Source: Chlorokybus atmophyticus (lineage: Eukaryota; Plantae; Mesostigma and Chlorokybus algae). Taken from it: 64,000 nt of DNA. Below are positions 15,346 to 27,161 of the stretch, one piece after another; the first letter of the stretch is position 1; every line of letters begins with the position of its first letter. The stretch lies in contig RHPI01003642.1 in the NCBI GenBank assembly GCA_009103225.1, positions 1,107,099-1,171,098 on the forward strand, given 5' to 3'. Under the pieces are notes generated by a model. The model made no database searches, was not told where the DNA came from, and saw nothing but the letters and a program-made list of their open reading frames with translations. The position numbers and the translations under genes were made by a program.

Positions 15346-15938
15346 CACGCACTACACAATATACCAGCAGCTTAGGCCAAGTCACACCAGGCCGTCTCTC
15401 ACCTAGTCGGCGGCGACAGTGGCGGCGGCGGCGGAGCTCAGGTATGCAAAGCGCTGGGCGAATGGCATGTTGGGTTTATCTCTCATCGCACATGCGGCAC
15501 GTGATACTGTTGTTGACCGTCACAGGCATACGTAACTCAACATCGTAACGGGCCGTAACACGCGAACGCCCTGTCAGCAAGCCCAGCAGCGACGCACGCT
15601 TCACCCGCTCTAAAAAGGCGTAACCACCGCTGAAAACCGCCGTAACCGAAAACAGCTTGGCTTGCACGGTGCCTCGCGCGATGTTTTTTGGATCATGTCC
15701 CCATGTCACAAATTGACTGAAGTTGAAGGTTATTCAGAATCACCGTCGTCAACTGATCTACGGGTGCCATCAAACCTTCGCCCGCAGTGCAAGTGAACTG
15801 CAAGGGAGCTCACTTATGAACTGTGTGTATGGATTGAAGCCTACATTATGGCAGTAGCAGCAATAGTGGCCGTGTCCCCGTTAGTAATTAAGCGAAGTCG
15901 ATGCGGTCGGACTGCTCTACTTTAGCTCATTGCTCTGC

Positions 15939-18818
15939 ATGGCGGCGGCGGCGGTGTTGGCGGCGTTGGCCCGGCGGCTGGCGAGGCAAAGGGCGTCCAG
16001 CGCTGGGGCGGCGTTGCGGCAGCTGCAGCTTTGGGCGTCAGGGACCTCCACCTCTCCTGCCGCTCTTCCCCATGTGGCGCAACTCCGCTGCTTCTGCTCT
16101 GCGGCTGCTGCTGCTTTCGCAAGGGATGGGACCCTCATGCAGCATGCCAATAGCAGCAGCTTGCAGGGTATCTTCAAGGAGAAGCAGGCGCGGTCGCTGG
16201 ATGATCAACCGCCGTTAAAGTAAGTGGGTTGCCTTTCTGTGTCGTATTGTAGCTTGCGTGTGTTGTGGAGTGCTTATTGCATAACATGAAACAAGCACTC
16301 CACAAGCATGCAACGGATGAACAGTCGTCTAGGTTCAGTAGTTGATATCTATAAGCTGTACACGTAGGCTCCTGGTTGTGTGTGACTCTCTACTTTGCCA
16401 GCGCTATGGTTGGGTTCTTTTGGTGTGAGAGACTGTGCACATGTTTCACTGTGAGCGTTGCACACACTGCTGTTTGTTAGAGTAGCTGTGTTGCAGTTTT
16501 GGTCGGTTTGTATTGCATTACACTGTGTATAACCCCTTCACAACACAGACGGCGGAGGCCAACCAAGCGAAGCGTGTTCCTGCATGACCGAAAGTCTGAC
16601 CGAGACGTGAGCGACCTCGTGCATGAGGGCGATGCCGTGCGGCGGGCCAGCGACACCGAGTGGCTATCTGGACGTGATGTTGTCTTTGAGCCAGGCAAAA
16701 ACAAAAGCAGGGTGTGGACCTTCAATGATCTGAAAGTGCCGTCTCACATCGCGGGGAAGCTCCCCAAGATGGGAATCAGTCAACCGACAGCCGTGCAGGT
16801 AGGAGTGTACCGCAAAGGCATGGTGACGGTTGTGCACATGCAGATGTTGGTTGTTGTTTTCAACACTGTGCGTGCATTGGTTGAACACATGTGTCCACAG
16901 TGTTGGGCTTGGAGTAGTGCAATGCCTGTAAAGTGTTGAACTGTCGTGTGTGTTAGCTGCCAAAGTGTGTCTTTGGTAGGTAGCAGCCGTCCCACGCGTG
17001 ATGGCTGGCAGGGACGTTCTGCTGCAGGGCGTCACGGGCAGTGGCAAGACCCTCGCTTACCTGCTGCCTCTATTCGCCCACCTGGACGTCTACACGCTGA
17101 CCTTGCAAGCGATTATTGTCATGCCCACCCGTGAGTTGGTACGCAGTTGGGCATACATGCACACACGCTTATGCACACAAGCACATACACTGCCACAATC
17201 AGACATGTCAGCACACGTGCATACACAGTGACATGCTCGCACACACAGGCAGGGACGCACGCACCTGCGCGTGCACACACATCCATATGCCACATGCTCG
17301 CTCTCTTATGTACACGTGTTCACGTGTACTCTGACCACAGCTTGAAACACTGTGCCCGTGCGTTGCCTCCATCTTGTGCTGTCAGAGTGTTCTGTTATGT
17401 GCTGACGGTGCATTTGCTCCGTAGGCTATACAAGTTATGGACGTCGCACGCAATTTTCTGAAAGGCGGAAGCAAGAAGCGCAGGTCAGGGCCGCAGCATA
17501 CGTGTTTCATGGTTTACGTTGTTGTCTGTTCGGTTGATGTGTAAAGCTGTTTTGTCATGTCAGGCAGTTTCCAGTCATGGCCAGGCGCCTGTGCGGGCTT
17601 CCCACGGCAGCGATGATCCAAAACCTCAAGGATCATCCCCCACACTTAATCATCGCTACACCTCACACGCTTGCAGCCGTGCTTGCACGCAAAGCATTGG
17701 ATCTCCGAACCGTGCGGTAAGACTTCTCATGCTACCAGGTCAGAGGATTTGTGCCCATCCCTTCAACTCATTTAAACTGCAGATTGTTTGTCATGGATGA
17801 GGTGGATTATCTCATGCAGCACGACCCCAAAGAGCACCTGGACGCCATTATGCAGCACCTGGTGAAGGCGCAATCGAAGCTTCTGGAAGGGGATTACGTC
17901 CGAGCGCAGCGCGTGTTGGTTACTGCGAGCATCACGCAAGAGGTCAAGGATTACGCTGCCGAGCACTTGGCGGATGCACGAGAGATCATCATTGTAAATG
18001 ATGCCTCCACTGGCAGCAACCTGCCCAGCACAATTAAACAGCTCGCCATTCCTTGCGAAGATGAAGCCTCAAAGCCGGCACAGGTATGATACAACATGTA
18101 TATGAAGCCGTTGTCAAAACTTGCTGCTGACATTTGGCTTGCACGCCAGTTGAGAAGGCTGTTGTCGGCGCTGCAGCCAAGAGCAATGCTCGTGTTTACC
18201 AACAGCGTGGCGGATGCTCTGCTCTTGGAGAAGGATATGACCACACACGGCTTCCGTGCATGTGCCTTCACGTCTGAGATACGCAAGGAGCAGCGCGCGA
18301 GCTTGCTTGACCGCATCGGTGCACGTGGTTCAGATGGCCTTCAGGTTGGTTGGCCCAAAACGCCTGCTGCGTGTTTTTGGTCAGCGTGTTGCTTACGTAA
18401 GGTCATCATGTGTCATTGTTTTTTATGCAGGTTCTGGTTGCGACCGACATGGTGGCGCGCGGACTGGACTTGCATCGGTTGACACACGTTGTGTTGTATC
18501 ACCTGCCGAAAGATCGGCGTTGGTACTTGCATCGCGTGGTGAGTAAATGGCCCAAGCGTTGCATATTGCATTGATGCCAATGTGATTGTGAGACAGCATG
18601 GCTATGTATATGTGCAGGGGAGAGTTGGAAGGGTTGTGCCGTCTGAGGAAGGTCCCAAGCTACAGGAGGGTGTGGTGGCTTCGCTCTGCGTGGGGAACTC
18701 GCAGCTGCGACAAGTAGTGCGGTGGGGCAAGCAACTGGGCTCTGAGGTGCACACCTTCGACGTACTGAAAGTGTTGCAGGAGACGCTACCTGGCACGCCG
18801 GTGGCTCTGCCCAAATAG
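15939..18818 (+). CDS. DEAD-box RNA helicase, probably organelle-targeted (plant RH47/RH58-like is a guess)
   Basis: Ala/Arg-rich N-terminus; Q motif FNDL..MGISQPTAVQ, motif I GVTGSGKT, Ia MPTREL, Ib IIATP, II DEVD, V ATDMVARGLD, VI YLHRVGRVGR across spliced exons. Confidence 0.92.
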
Positions 18819-19522
18819 CAGCATAGCAGATGCAGTGGATGTCCAGGCAGCAGATGTTGTACAGAGCATTATTAGCGCCTGCTTGTGCACGCTGTGTAGT
18901 TGTACACAGCTTGCGTTTGCAAGCAATGAGTTGAAAGTCATGTGGCATTCTGCTGCAAGCCAGGCACTGAAGGCCATCTGTTACAGCTGCTGTATGCTTG
19001 AGGCCATTTGCATCAGGCGGAGCTGACTGACACAGAGTTGCCAACTAGGTGGTGCCACCAATGACCACCACCAGCAGCGGTCAATATGCATGGTATGTTT
19101 GCGAGAACTGCTCCCGTACGGTGTAATTGTAATCAACGCTTAATTTTGTACAACAAGTAGAGTGCACTTGAAATTGGCTCCATTTTGTACTGCGACACCC
19201 TGGTTTGATGAAGCCATGCAGGGATGGCTTCATGTCCCGTATTGTGTCTAGATCCAATGACCATGGTGCTCTATTGCGCATGCTTACATAATCCCAAAAC
19301 TTGCAGATGATCGTCAATTGAACTTGCAGACCGTTGTCTTCTCTTATTGTTGTCCTCCTTACGCCAGGTTCAGGTCGTGTACTAAGCGGAAACTCTCATG
19401 ACTGCCAACTGCAAGCATTGGCTTGGTATAAAAAGCAGACTGTAGTTCAGAGGTTGCGAATATGTACATAAGCCCTCGCGCAACTGTTGATCAGAGCGGC
19501 CAATTGAGCTCACCAACAACTG

Positions 19523-21215
19523 TCAAACTCCGGTACTTCGTCTGCGGCTGTGGAACTCAATCCACTGATGCGACTCTGGATACAGCTGTTCAAGATCGAC
19601 TCCCTCCTGATGATCTGAAGAGAACTGAGCAAGATTGATGTAACCATTGTCGACCTGTCCACCAGAGGTACCCCCGCTACCACTACCTGTTCAAAAAGAC
19701 ACAACAACAGCTTGTCAGATACAAGCAATCCACACTGTGAGAACAGGCCCACATGTATGTGGCTGTCAAATCAAGCGTACCATGCCAGGGTGCGCGGCAA
19801 AGGGGACAAGTGCGCGCCATGCTTCGCTGTGTTTTCGCCCACATGGCCAGGCACTCCTTGTGCATGTTGTTGCCGCACGACCGGCAGAAGTCCGTCTCCT
19901 GTTTGGCAGACGAGGCTTGCGGCACCATTGGCTCATAACAGATCGGGCAGTCGCCCTCAACAGCGCGCTGCACGCGCCTCTCTGCAGCCGCCTGTTGCAG
20001 TTGCAAGTAAGCAACATGGCAAATACAAGTCATGTCAATAGCATGCATACATACTTAACACGCAGATACCTAGACATAAACACTTGTCACAATGCCGTTA
20101 CCTGTTAAATCTGTATGCGTGTTTATACAGATAGAGAAGTGTGTACATGTGTCCAAAAACTCAAACGCGTCCGCACATGTGCGAACTCCGCACAAACACA
20201 CATTTGCTTGTGCATGCACGAGTTCATGCAGACAGCATAATCGTGCGTGTTGCAACAGTGCACTCACATGGTCCTCTTCAGTGACTTTCTGGCCCGAGAG
20301 CGCGGCGTACTTCTCTCTCACTTCCCGAGCGGCGATGACATTGGCAGCAGCCTCAGCGGAGACCTCGCGCGATTCAAGCCCGATGATGCCCTCGAGCTCA
20401 GAGTTGAGCAGAGCCTTCTGCCACACCCGCGGGTCGTTCCTGCGCAGCTTCAGCACGCGCAGCATCACAAACAGTCGGTGCTTGCACACGTTGCCCTTCG
20501 CTGCGTCCGGACAAGAACAGCTTGGAAGGTTGCTTATTGTCACTGTATACACATTGCCCGTCGCACCTGAACGGTTCAAAAGACCCCACCTTAGGTACGT
20601 GTTCTTTGACAACTCAATGAATACATCTTAATTAAGTGCCCAAAGAGAAAGAGGTTGTAAGTTCAAGGTGCTAAACCACAATGCACAACTGTCGCACCTA
20701 GGACAGCAAAGTCTTCTGATAGCTCGGAAGGCAGAGTGGCGGGAGTTCTGTGCCGTTCTATTAAGTACAGTCGATGCGCAAAAGCTCGTTGGATGCGTTC
20801 TAGAATAGGCTGTAGCACAAAATTCAATCAACAACTTGAAAGAACTGAACCGGTGTGTGATGCAATCGCAGCTTGTACCCACCTTTGTCGGGGAGGGTGT
20901 GAAGCGGGCCAGCCTCTTCTCTGCGCTCGATGGTGTTGCTGCTTTCTTTGCTCTGTTGGTTGGTGGCTTCGTTGGTGTTGTCGCCACGGCTTGTGATTGT
21001 GATGTAGAAGGCCCTGCTTGAGTCAAGTCATCTGCCGCCCTGGCACGCTTCCTACTTCGCACAGGAGGATTGGATGTTGATGCTATTGCTGCTGCCCCTG
21101 CTTGCACTGTGGCAGCCTTTGCTGCCTTTGCGCGTGTTCTGGGAGCAATAGTAGTCTTCGCTGCTGCTGCTGCTGCTGCTGCCCTTGGCTTGCGGCTTCG
21201 GGCTGGTTTGTCCAT
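19523..21215 (-). CDS. SWIM zinc finger + RING finger protein (MAP3K1/ZSWIM2-like SWIM-RING family)
   Basis: GATGNVYTVTISNLPSCSCPDAAKGNVCKHRLFVMLRVL (SWIM CxC..CxH); CPICYEPM..CRSCGNNMHKECLAMW..CPLCRAPW (RING); last exon GYINLAQF..RRRSTGV* with stop at 19523-19525. Confidence 0.88.
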
Positions 21216-21665
21216 CCCTGCAAGCAAAACAACGTTGGCTTTGTCTCCTTCTCCTTAGCGCATGACAGCTGAGCAGCATTGCCAGCACTACCCCGAACAA
21301 AGGGCCAACGTTGGAAGACGACGCTGTAGGACTTGACTGCCCTACAGCAGCTTAAGTCTGGTCAGCATGTGTGCCACACTGTAGAAAGGTACGCAACACT
21401 GTTGTCGGAGCAAGCTGCACGTTGCAACAAGTAGGAAGTGACAGCATGCTGGAACTACGCTGTAAGCTAGATGTAAGGCGGGACAAGCATTTACACGTGT
21501 CTACCGGACCATGACCACATAGTCAGTCACTTTTTTTGGCACAGCAGAAGTGCTTCAACATCACAGGGGCAGACAAGACAGCCACAATGCTTGACAAACA
21601 CCCTCACCTGTCGACCCAGTTTAAGCTCCAAGCTTGAACGCCGCTCCGCAGCCCCTATGTGCGCA

Positions 21666-21673
21666 AAACCCTA
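21666..21673 (+). promoter_or_regulatory. Telobox AAACCCTA upstream of DCP2
   Basis: Exact AAACCCTA about 25 bp before the DCP2 ATG. Confidence 0.55.
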
Positions 21674-21697
21674 ACATAGATCCATGCCTTCCTCAGC

Positions 21698-23991
21698 ATG
21701 GCTTCAGGGAGCGGGGCGGCGGCGGGGCCGTCCGGGCAGGCGCCTTCATCAGCCATGTCGTCCGGGCCCGTGAAGGTCTTCCAGGCGAGCAGCAGCGGCG
21801 GCTCAGCGAAGCTCGCCGCCGGCGGCAGCAGCAAACAGCCTCCGTCGCCTGATATCTTGCAGGACCTTTGCAGGTGGGAGTGAAGTGTCGCACAGCCTTG
21901 TGCAGGGATGATCATTCGCTCTCGTTGCTTTAGTTGCTTCTTATCGTAGAAGCCTCATGCACAGCACATGTATTGTATGCCTTGCATGTGATGTTCAGTG
22001 CATTCCATCTGAGCAACTGTTGTTTGCTGCATGCTCGCGCCTGCAATGGCAGGGAACACTAAGCACATGACAAACATGGGAAGTTTAAGCACACAGCCAT
22101 GTTATTATTCCAGGCCACGCGCATGCTTGGCAATTGCTTTTGGGCTTTAGCATGCATTCCATTTTATCCCTCCTTCAGCATGCTATAAGTGTTGATCACG
22201 TTCTGCGCATCCCTCACATGGCTCTACGCATGGTATTGCAACGCAAAAACGCGCGCACGCACGCTTGCGCGCGTGCATTGATGCGCACGTCTCACCATTG
22301 CTCTCATGTTGTTTACTTGGCAGCCGGTTTGTGTTGAACGCGTCGAGTGAGGAGCTGTCATCATTTGAGCGCATATTTTTCTTGGTGGAGCAGGCGCACT
22401 GGTTTTACGAGGACCAGGTCGCAGACAACAGCTCCCACCTCAAGTCCCTGTCCCTGCGCGAGTTCGCTGCTCTCAATATCCAACACAACACTCATGCAAG
22501 ACATGCACACGCTTGCATGATACAATTGTTGTGTCCTTGACTTCAGTCATGCGTGTCATGCACTGTTTCAGCACTGTCCTTCGCTCCGGCCATACGCGCA
22601 GCGGCTGCCGGAGCTGTACAAGGAGTTCACCACGTACAAGCTGGCAGTACCTGTCATGGGTGCGATGATACTGAACAAGACCCTGGACAAGGTATATTAA
22701 CAAGTTGAGCTGCAAGTGAGGGCAACCTTGAGAAAACGTGTCAACATGTGCACCCTTTCTTCCTCGATGCCTGCCACAGTGCCTGCTGGTGAGAGGCTTC
22801 AAACCAGGGAGCACATGGGGTTTCCCTAGAGGTAAAATCAACAAAGACGAGCAGGATGCCGTCTGCGCCGTCCGCGAAGTGAGTGTATAGAGCCACAACC
22901 CATTGTTGGTATTGTGTTCCATATTGTGCATCAACCAACCATGTCGCTTTCTGCTGCAGGTGTTTGAAGAAACTAGCATACACACTTGGGGGAAGTTTCA
23001 AGAGACTGACTATGTGGAAGTTGTGGTTGGGCAGCAGCGCTCGAGGCTTTATATTGTGCCTTTTATAGACGAGAACACGCCTGTCAACCCACAGACAAAA
23101 AAAGAGATTGGGGTATTTATTGTTGAGCGCACGTGTGGGGTGTCATTTGTATAGACCTTTGTCACTCCGTCACCAATGCTCACGCAGGAGATTGCGTGGC
23201 ATCCTGTTGACGACCTGCCTGAGGCAAGCAATGGCAAGGCCCCAAACGGCCACCGCTACTACATGGTTTGGCCATTCGTCAGGTCTGAGGTTCATGTGCG
23301 AGGCCACGTAGCTGATGTCTGTGTTTATTATGCGATTCAAACACAACAACTGCGCTGCAGGCAATTGAAGCAATGGATAGCATTGCGTAAGCAGCCTTCC
23401 AGCACTACCCGCAATCGCAAATCAAAGGCGTCAATGCCCCCGCAGCCAGCCACAACACAAGCATCTTATGTGGGTCCCGCTGCCTCCGTGCACGCAGAAT
23501 CACTGTCTAAAGGCAGTGCAAAATCAAAACCACGCATCTCAACCGGCGACCCAGTCCTTGACGCAAAGCTCAATGCAACTGCTACAGGTGTGTGCAGGGC
23601 TTAGACTTGATGTTGGTGTCAATGTTCCGCACATGTACTATCTCCTGTGTAAGCCTAGGTGGGCAGGGGGAATACATGTGCCCATGTTGCCTCCTTGATA
23701 GGCTCATGCTGTTGTTGCATGTGTACAGGCAAGTCTGTAGCAACAGCGGCCCCCGTTGCAGCCTCAGCCCCAACGGTCAATGTTGTCTTCCATGACCCGT
23801 GCGCTGGTGTCGCCTCTGTTCCCGCCGTACAGGAGCCTGCAGCAGGCAGTGTAAGCGTCCTCAGTCACATGAGCAGCACTGGTTCATCCGTGCAGGCAAC
23901 CGCGACATCTGTCACGTGTGCGTCCACTGCGTTGCGGAGCTTTAGGTTTGATAAGGACAGGATACTTAGCAGGTTGGCGTTTCCGGATTGA
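21698..23991 (+). CDS. DCP2: mRNA decapping enzyme 2 (Box A + Nudix)
   Basis: LQDLCSRFVLNASSEELSSFERIFFLVEQAHWFYED (Box A); WGFPRGKINKDEQDAVCAVRE|VFEET (Nudix box); plant-like C-terminal FRFDKDRILSRL. Confidence 0.95.
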
Positions 23992-24122
23992 CCTTGCATG
24001 ATTAGCACTGCATGCAAGTCGACAAAGCATATGCGTAAGCCGTTGACAAGCACAGTTTATGCGTAGAAGGTGATGCAAGTGAGTCCCCATAACGCAGGCA
24101 CACCCACTTACCACACTTCTGC

Positions 24123-24164
24123 TTGACTAACTTGACTAACTTGACTAACTTTTGCTTGACTAAC
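24123..24164. repeat. Short tandem repeat (TTGACTAAC)x3 plus one offset copy
   Basis: ttgactaac ttgactaac ttgactaac ttttgc ttgactaac, downstream of DCP2. Confidence 0.8.
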
Positions 24165-25049
24165 AACAAGGTGTACTTGGACAGCTTGCATGTGTTTTGT
24201 CTAGTGAGGGTTAAGGCAACTTTGATGACGATGTCCTACATGAATGTAGTGGTGAAAGTATCAATGACTCTTTGCGTACCTTGATTCGTTGGATGTGGTC
24301 AAGCTCATGCATAAGGTCAACTTGCATTCATTTTACAATTGCATAATTAAAAATGCATAATCGTATTATCAATGCAAAGAATATTTGTGTTGAAGCGCGT
24401 TATAAATATGGCTAAGCGCGTCATGTATCATGTTGAGTTGCAATACAATTATATGTTATGGTTGTATTGCAACATGACACATGCCATGCCATGCCGGCGT
24501 CCATAAAGTGTACTAATGTGCTGCAATCCCTGTAAGAAGAAGTAGTAACCACTTGTAAGAAGACTTTGCAGAGCTAACTCTACAAGGTCGAGTTACGAAA
24601 TACTAAATGTTTGGTCAACATTATACAGTGTACATTCCAATCGTTATCAGTCACACATTTGATAGTAACGGCAATGCGTAGTCCAGCAGACTTTTGATGA
24701 AATAAAAACCAACCAACCCACAAATCTCTTGATTGCCACTTTGAATGTGCGGTTGCGTTTGTATATACAAATATGGTATAATGAAGAAAACTTCTCATCA
24801 TAACTTGTATTAATGACACCGTGATTATATTAATGGTATACCATAGAGTTTGTTTGTGACTTCTGTTATCATACTTAATGAGTTACACGTACGTCTTGTA
24901 ATGTGCGCACGGTGTGTTTTTATTGTACCATAAAACGACTATGCAGAGATCATGTCATTGCAGCAAAATAATGCAATTGACATCTTGCAAATGGTTGATC
25001 TCTCATCAATATAAAGGTTGCAACAATTCACTCTTTTCAACGGTATCAT

Positions 25050-25226
25050 ATGTATGTACTCGGGCAAAGCCCCCCTAAATTACACACCCGCCTATATTTT
25101 CAGCAGATTATCTCAAAAACAAACGAAAAAATAAAACAAAACAAAGTAAAAACTCCTTTGATAAGAGGGGGCTTTCTTAAGGGAGGGGGGGGGGGGGNGC
25201 TGTGTATGAGCACGGTGCTCATACAC
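25050..25226. mobile_element. Possible pogo/Tc1-like element end or MITE remnant at an assembly N
   Basis: aaagccccc...gggggcttt inverted motifs, a G-run followed by gctgtgtatgagcacgg similar in layout to the pogo right end at 47110-47163, and a 12-bp perfect hairpin gtgtatgagcac-g-gtgctcatacac; N at 25198. Confidence 0.3.
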
Positions 25227-26749
25227 ACTCATAGCACCGTATGTACTGCAGTACATTCTCCCACTATACATGCCTTCCCCTTGATATTGGATTGCAAATT
25301 TAACATTTAATAATGCTTGTGATTGTCAGGGGCCTCGATTGGGAAGGGACTCTGATAAAATAAATACGGTACGCGGTAAGTGTATGATCTTGTGTAAAGC
25401 TATTGCAAAATTATTGCAATGCACCACTCTCCATTAGGGCTCACCAACAGCAGCATCACTGCATGAGTGCTTTAAACTACATGCAACAGTGCGGCCAACG
25501 ACGCCGCTTGAATTTCAAAATTCCGAAGTTGCAAGACTTTGCGCAACCAAACAAATCGGTGGCAGTAGATTCACTGACACGGACTGGACAGCAGGCCCTA
25601 CTGTCAGCCTGCTGAGCCACGATGCGCGCGCACGGCGGCAATCATGGCGCTAATGGCAGCACCACCACGTGGAAGCAGCGTAGGGACGCAGACGCAAAAT
25701 TGCACAAAATCAATCACATTGTATAGGGTTTGGTTAGGGCTTGATAAATTCGAGTACTGTTTCATGCTTCATGCAGTTCATGGACCTTACCAGGTATGCA
25801 GGCAGCGTTTAACCTGATAAGGCTATACACGTATACCTCGTGCATGTACAATTGAAAGGTGACATGATGGCCTTATGAACACATAAGTTCCATTAAGCCG
25901 GAGACGAAATGTTAAAAAGTTGGTTGAAAATCTTGCATGCGTTATGTAAAGCAACGCGCACATCAGCGTCACACTCGCATGCATCATTTGTTAAGCTTTT
26001 TACATAAGTAACAACTGTTGGTTTTTATTTACAACAACAACATTTGCATAGACAATAAATGTTGACATAAGCTTCTTTCCTCTTTTATAAACTAAAAACG
26101 TGATGGTAGAGTACAATATAATATAATATAATATGTGGCTTGCATACTGTAGTAACACACATACATTAACCCACACTCATTTTAATAAAGTATGTTTTCC
26201 GTTAAAGCGTTTGCTATTATGATCGTAATATTCAATAAATTGTTAATTACGTTCAGGCCCGAAACATCCTATTAAAGTTACCACCCAAGCCATTTCATCG
26301 TGATGTATATGTGTTTACAGTATGAAATATATATATAATGCATGTGAGAACGAAATGTTATAAATCATCATATTAGCTTAAATGAAACACGTTTCACTCA
26401 TGTATCGACGTGATAATGTTATTTACATTGTTATGATAAAAGCCACTTTTGAAGCATTTGATGCAATGCTGGATTGAGAATCCAAAAGTGGTTACCGGCT
26501 TGGGACGTATGTATCATGCTCACATTTTCTAGCAAGCCGTGGCAGCTGATGCGTTTACCATCAGATTTAGCACGGTAAAAGAGCACGCATGCAAAATAAC
26601 ACCGTGATTGCTGTACAACACATGCAGGTCTAATGCTGCCGGTTTAGCGACGGACAGGAGAGACAATCTCTTGCTACGAACCGGACGGCTGTCCAGTACA
26701 CAATCTCTCGCTCGACCCTGACTACACTACCCACAACCCTAGCCTTGCC

Positions 26750-26757
26750 AAACCCTA
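26750..26757 (+). promoter_or_regulatory. Telobox AAACCCTA upstream of KATNIP
   Basis: Exact motif, with a second AACCCTA copy about 15 bp upstream, at the start of the GC-rich 5' region. Confidence 0.45.
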
Positions 26758-27161
26758 GCTAGCAGTTGAGTGTGCCAGGTGGCGGGCGTCGCCCGCTGGC
26801 GACGAGGAGGCGGAGGACGTGGACTTGGAGGCGGCGGCGGTGGTGAAGGTGCTGATACTGAGAGGGTTGCTAGAGCGCGTGGTTGCGTCTCGCTGCGCAA
26901 TTGGGTGGCGTTTCAGCCACAGGGGCAATTCCCGTCTGTTGGGCGCAGAGATTTGGCACCTTGCCTCGCCACACTGGTGTGCCCATCCCGGCAGCGTCGC
27001 CGTGCGTTGTGAGTAGGAGGCTAAGGGGCCTGCGTAGGCATGCCCGTCAGGCTGCGCCTGTAGATAGCGACGTGGTGGTCCAAACTGGAGGTGCCAGCGC
27101 AAGAGCGCCGCCGCCGCCGCCGCCGCCGCCGCCGGGCAGTGCTTGGGCAGTGCGCGGCGAC

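Noticed and set aside
24123-24164. TTGACTAAC repeats as CRISPR-like or branch-point array
   Set aside because: Directly tandem 9-mers with no spacers, downstream of a stop codon; a simple minisatellite.
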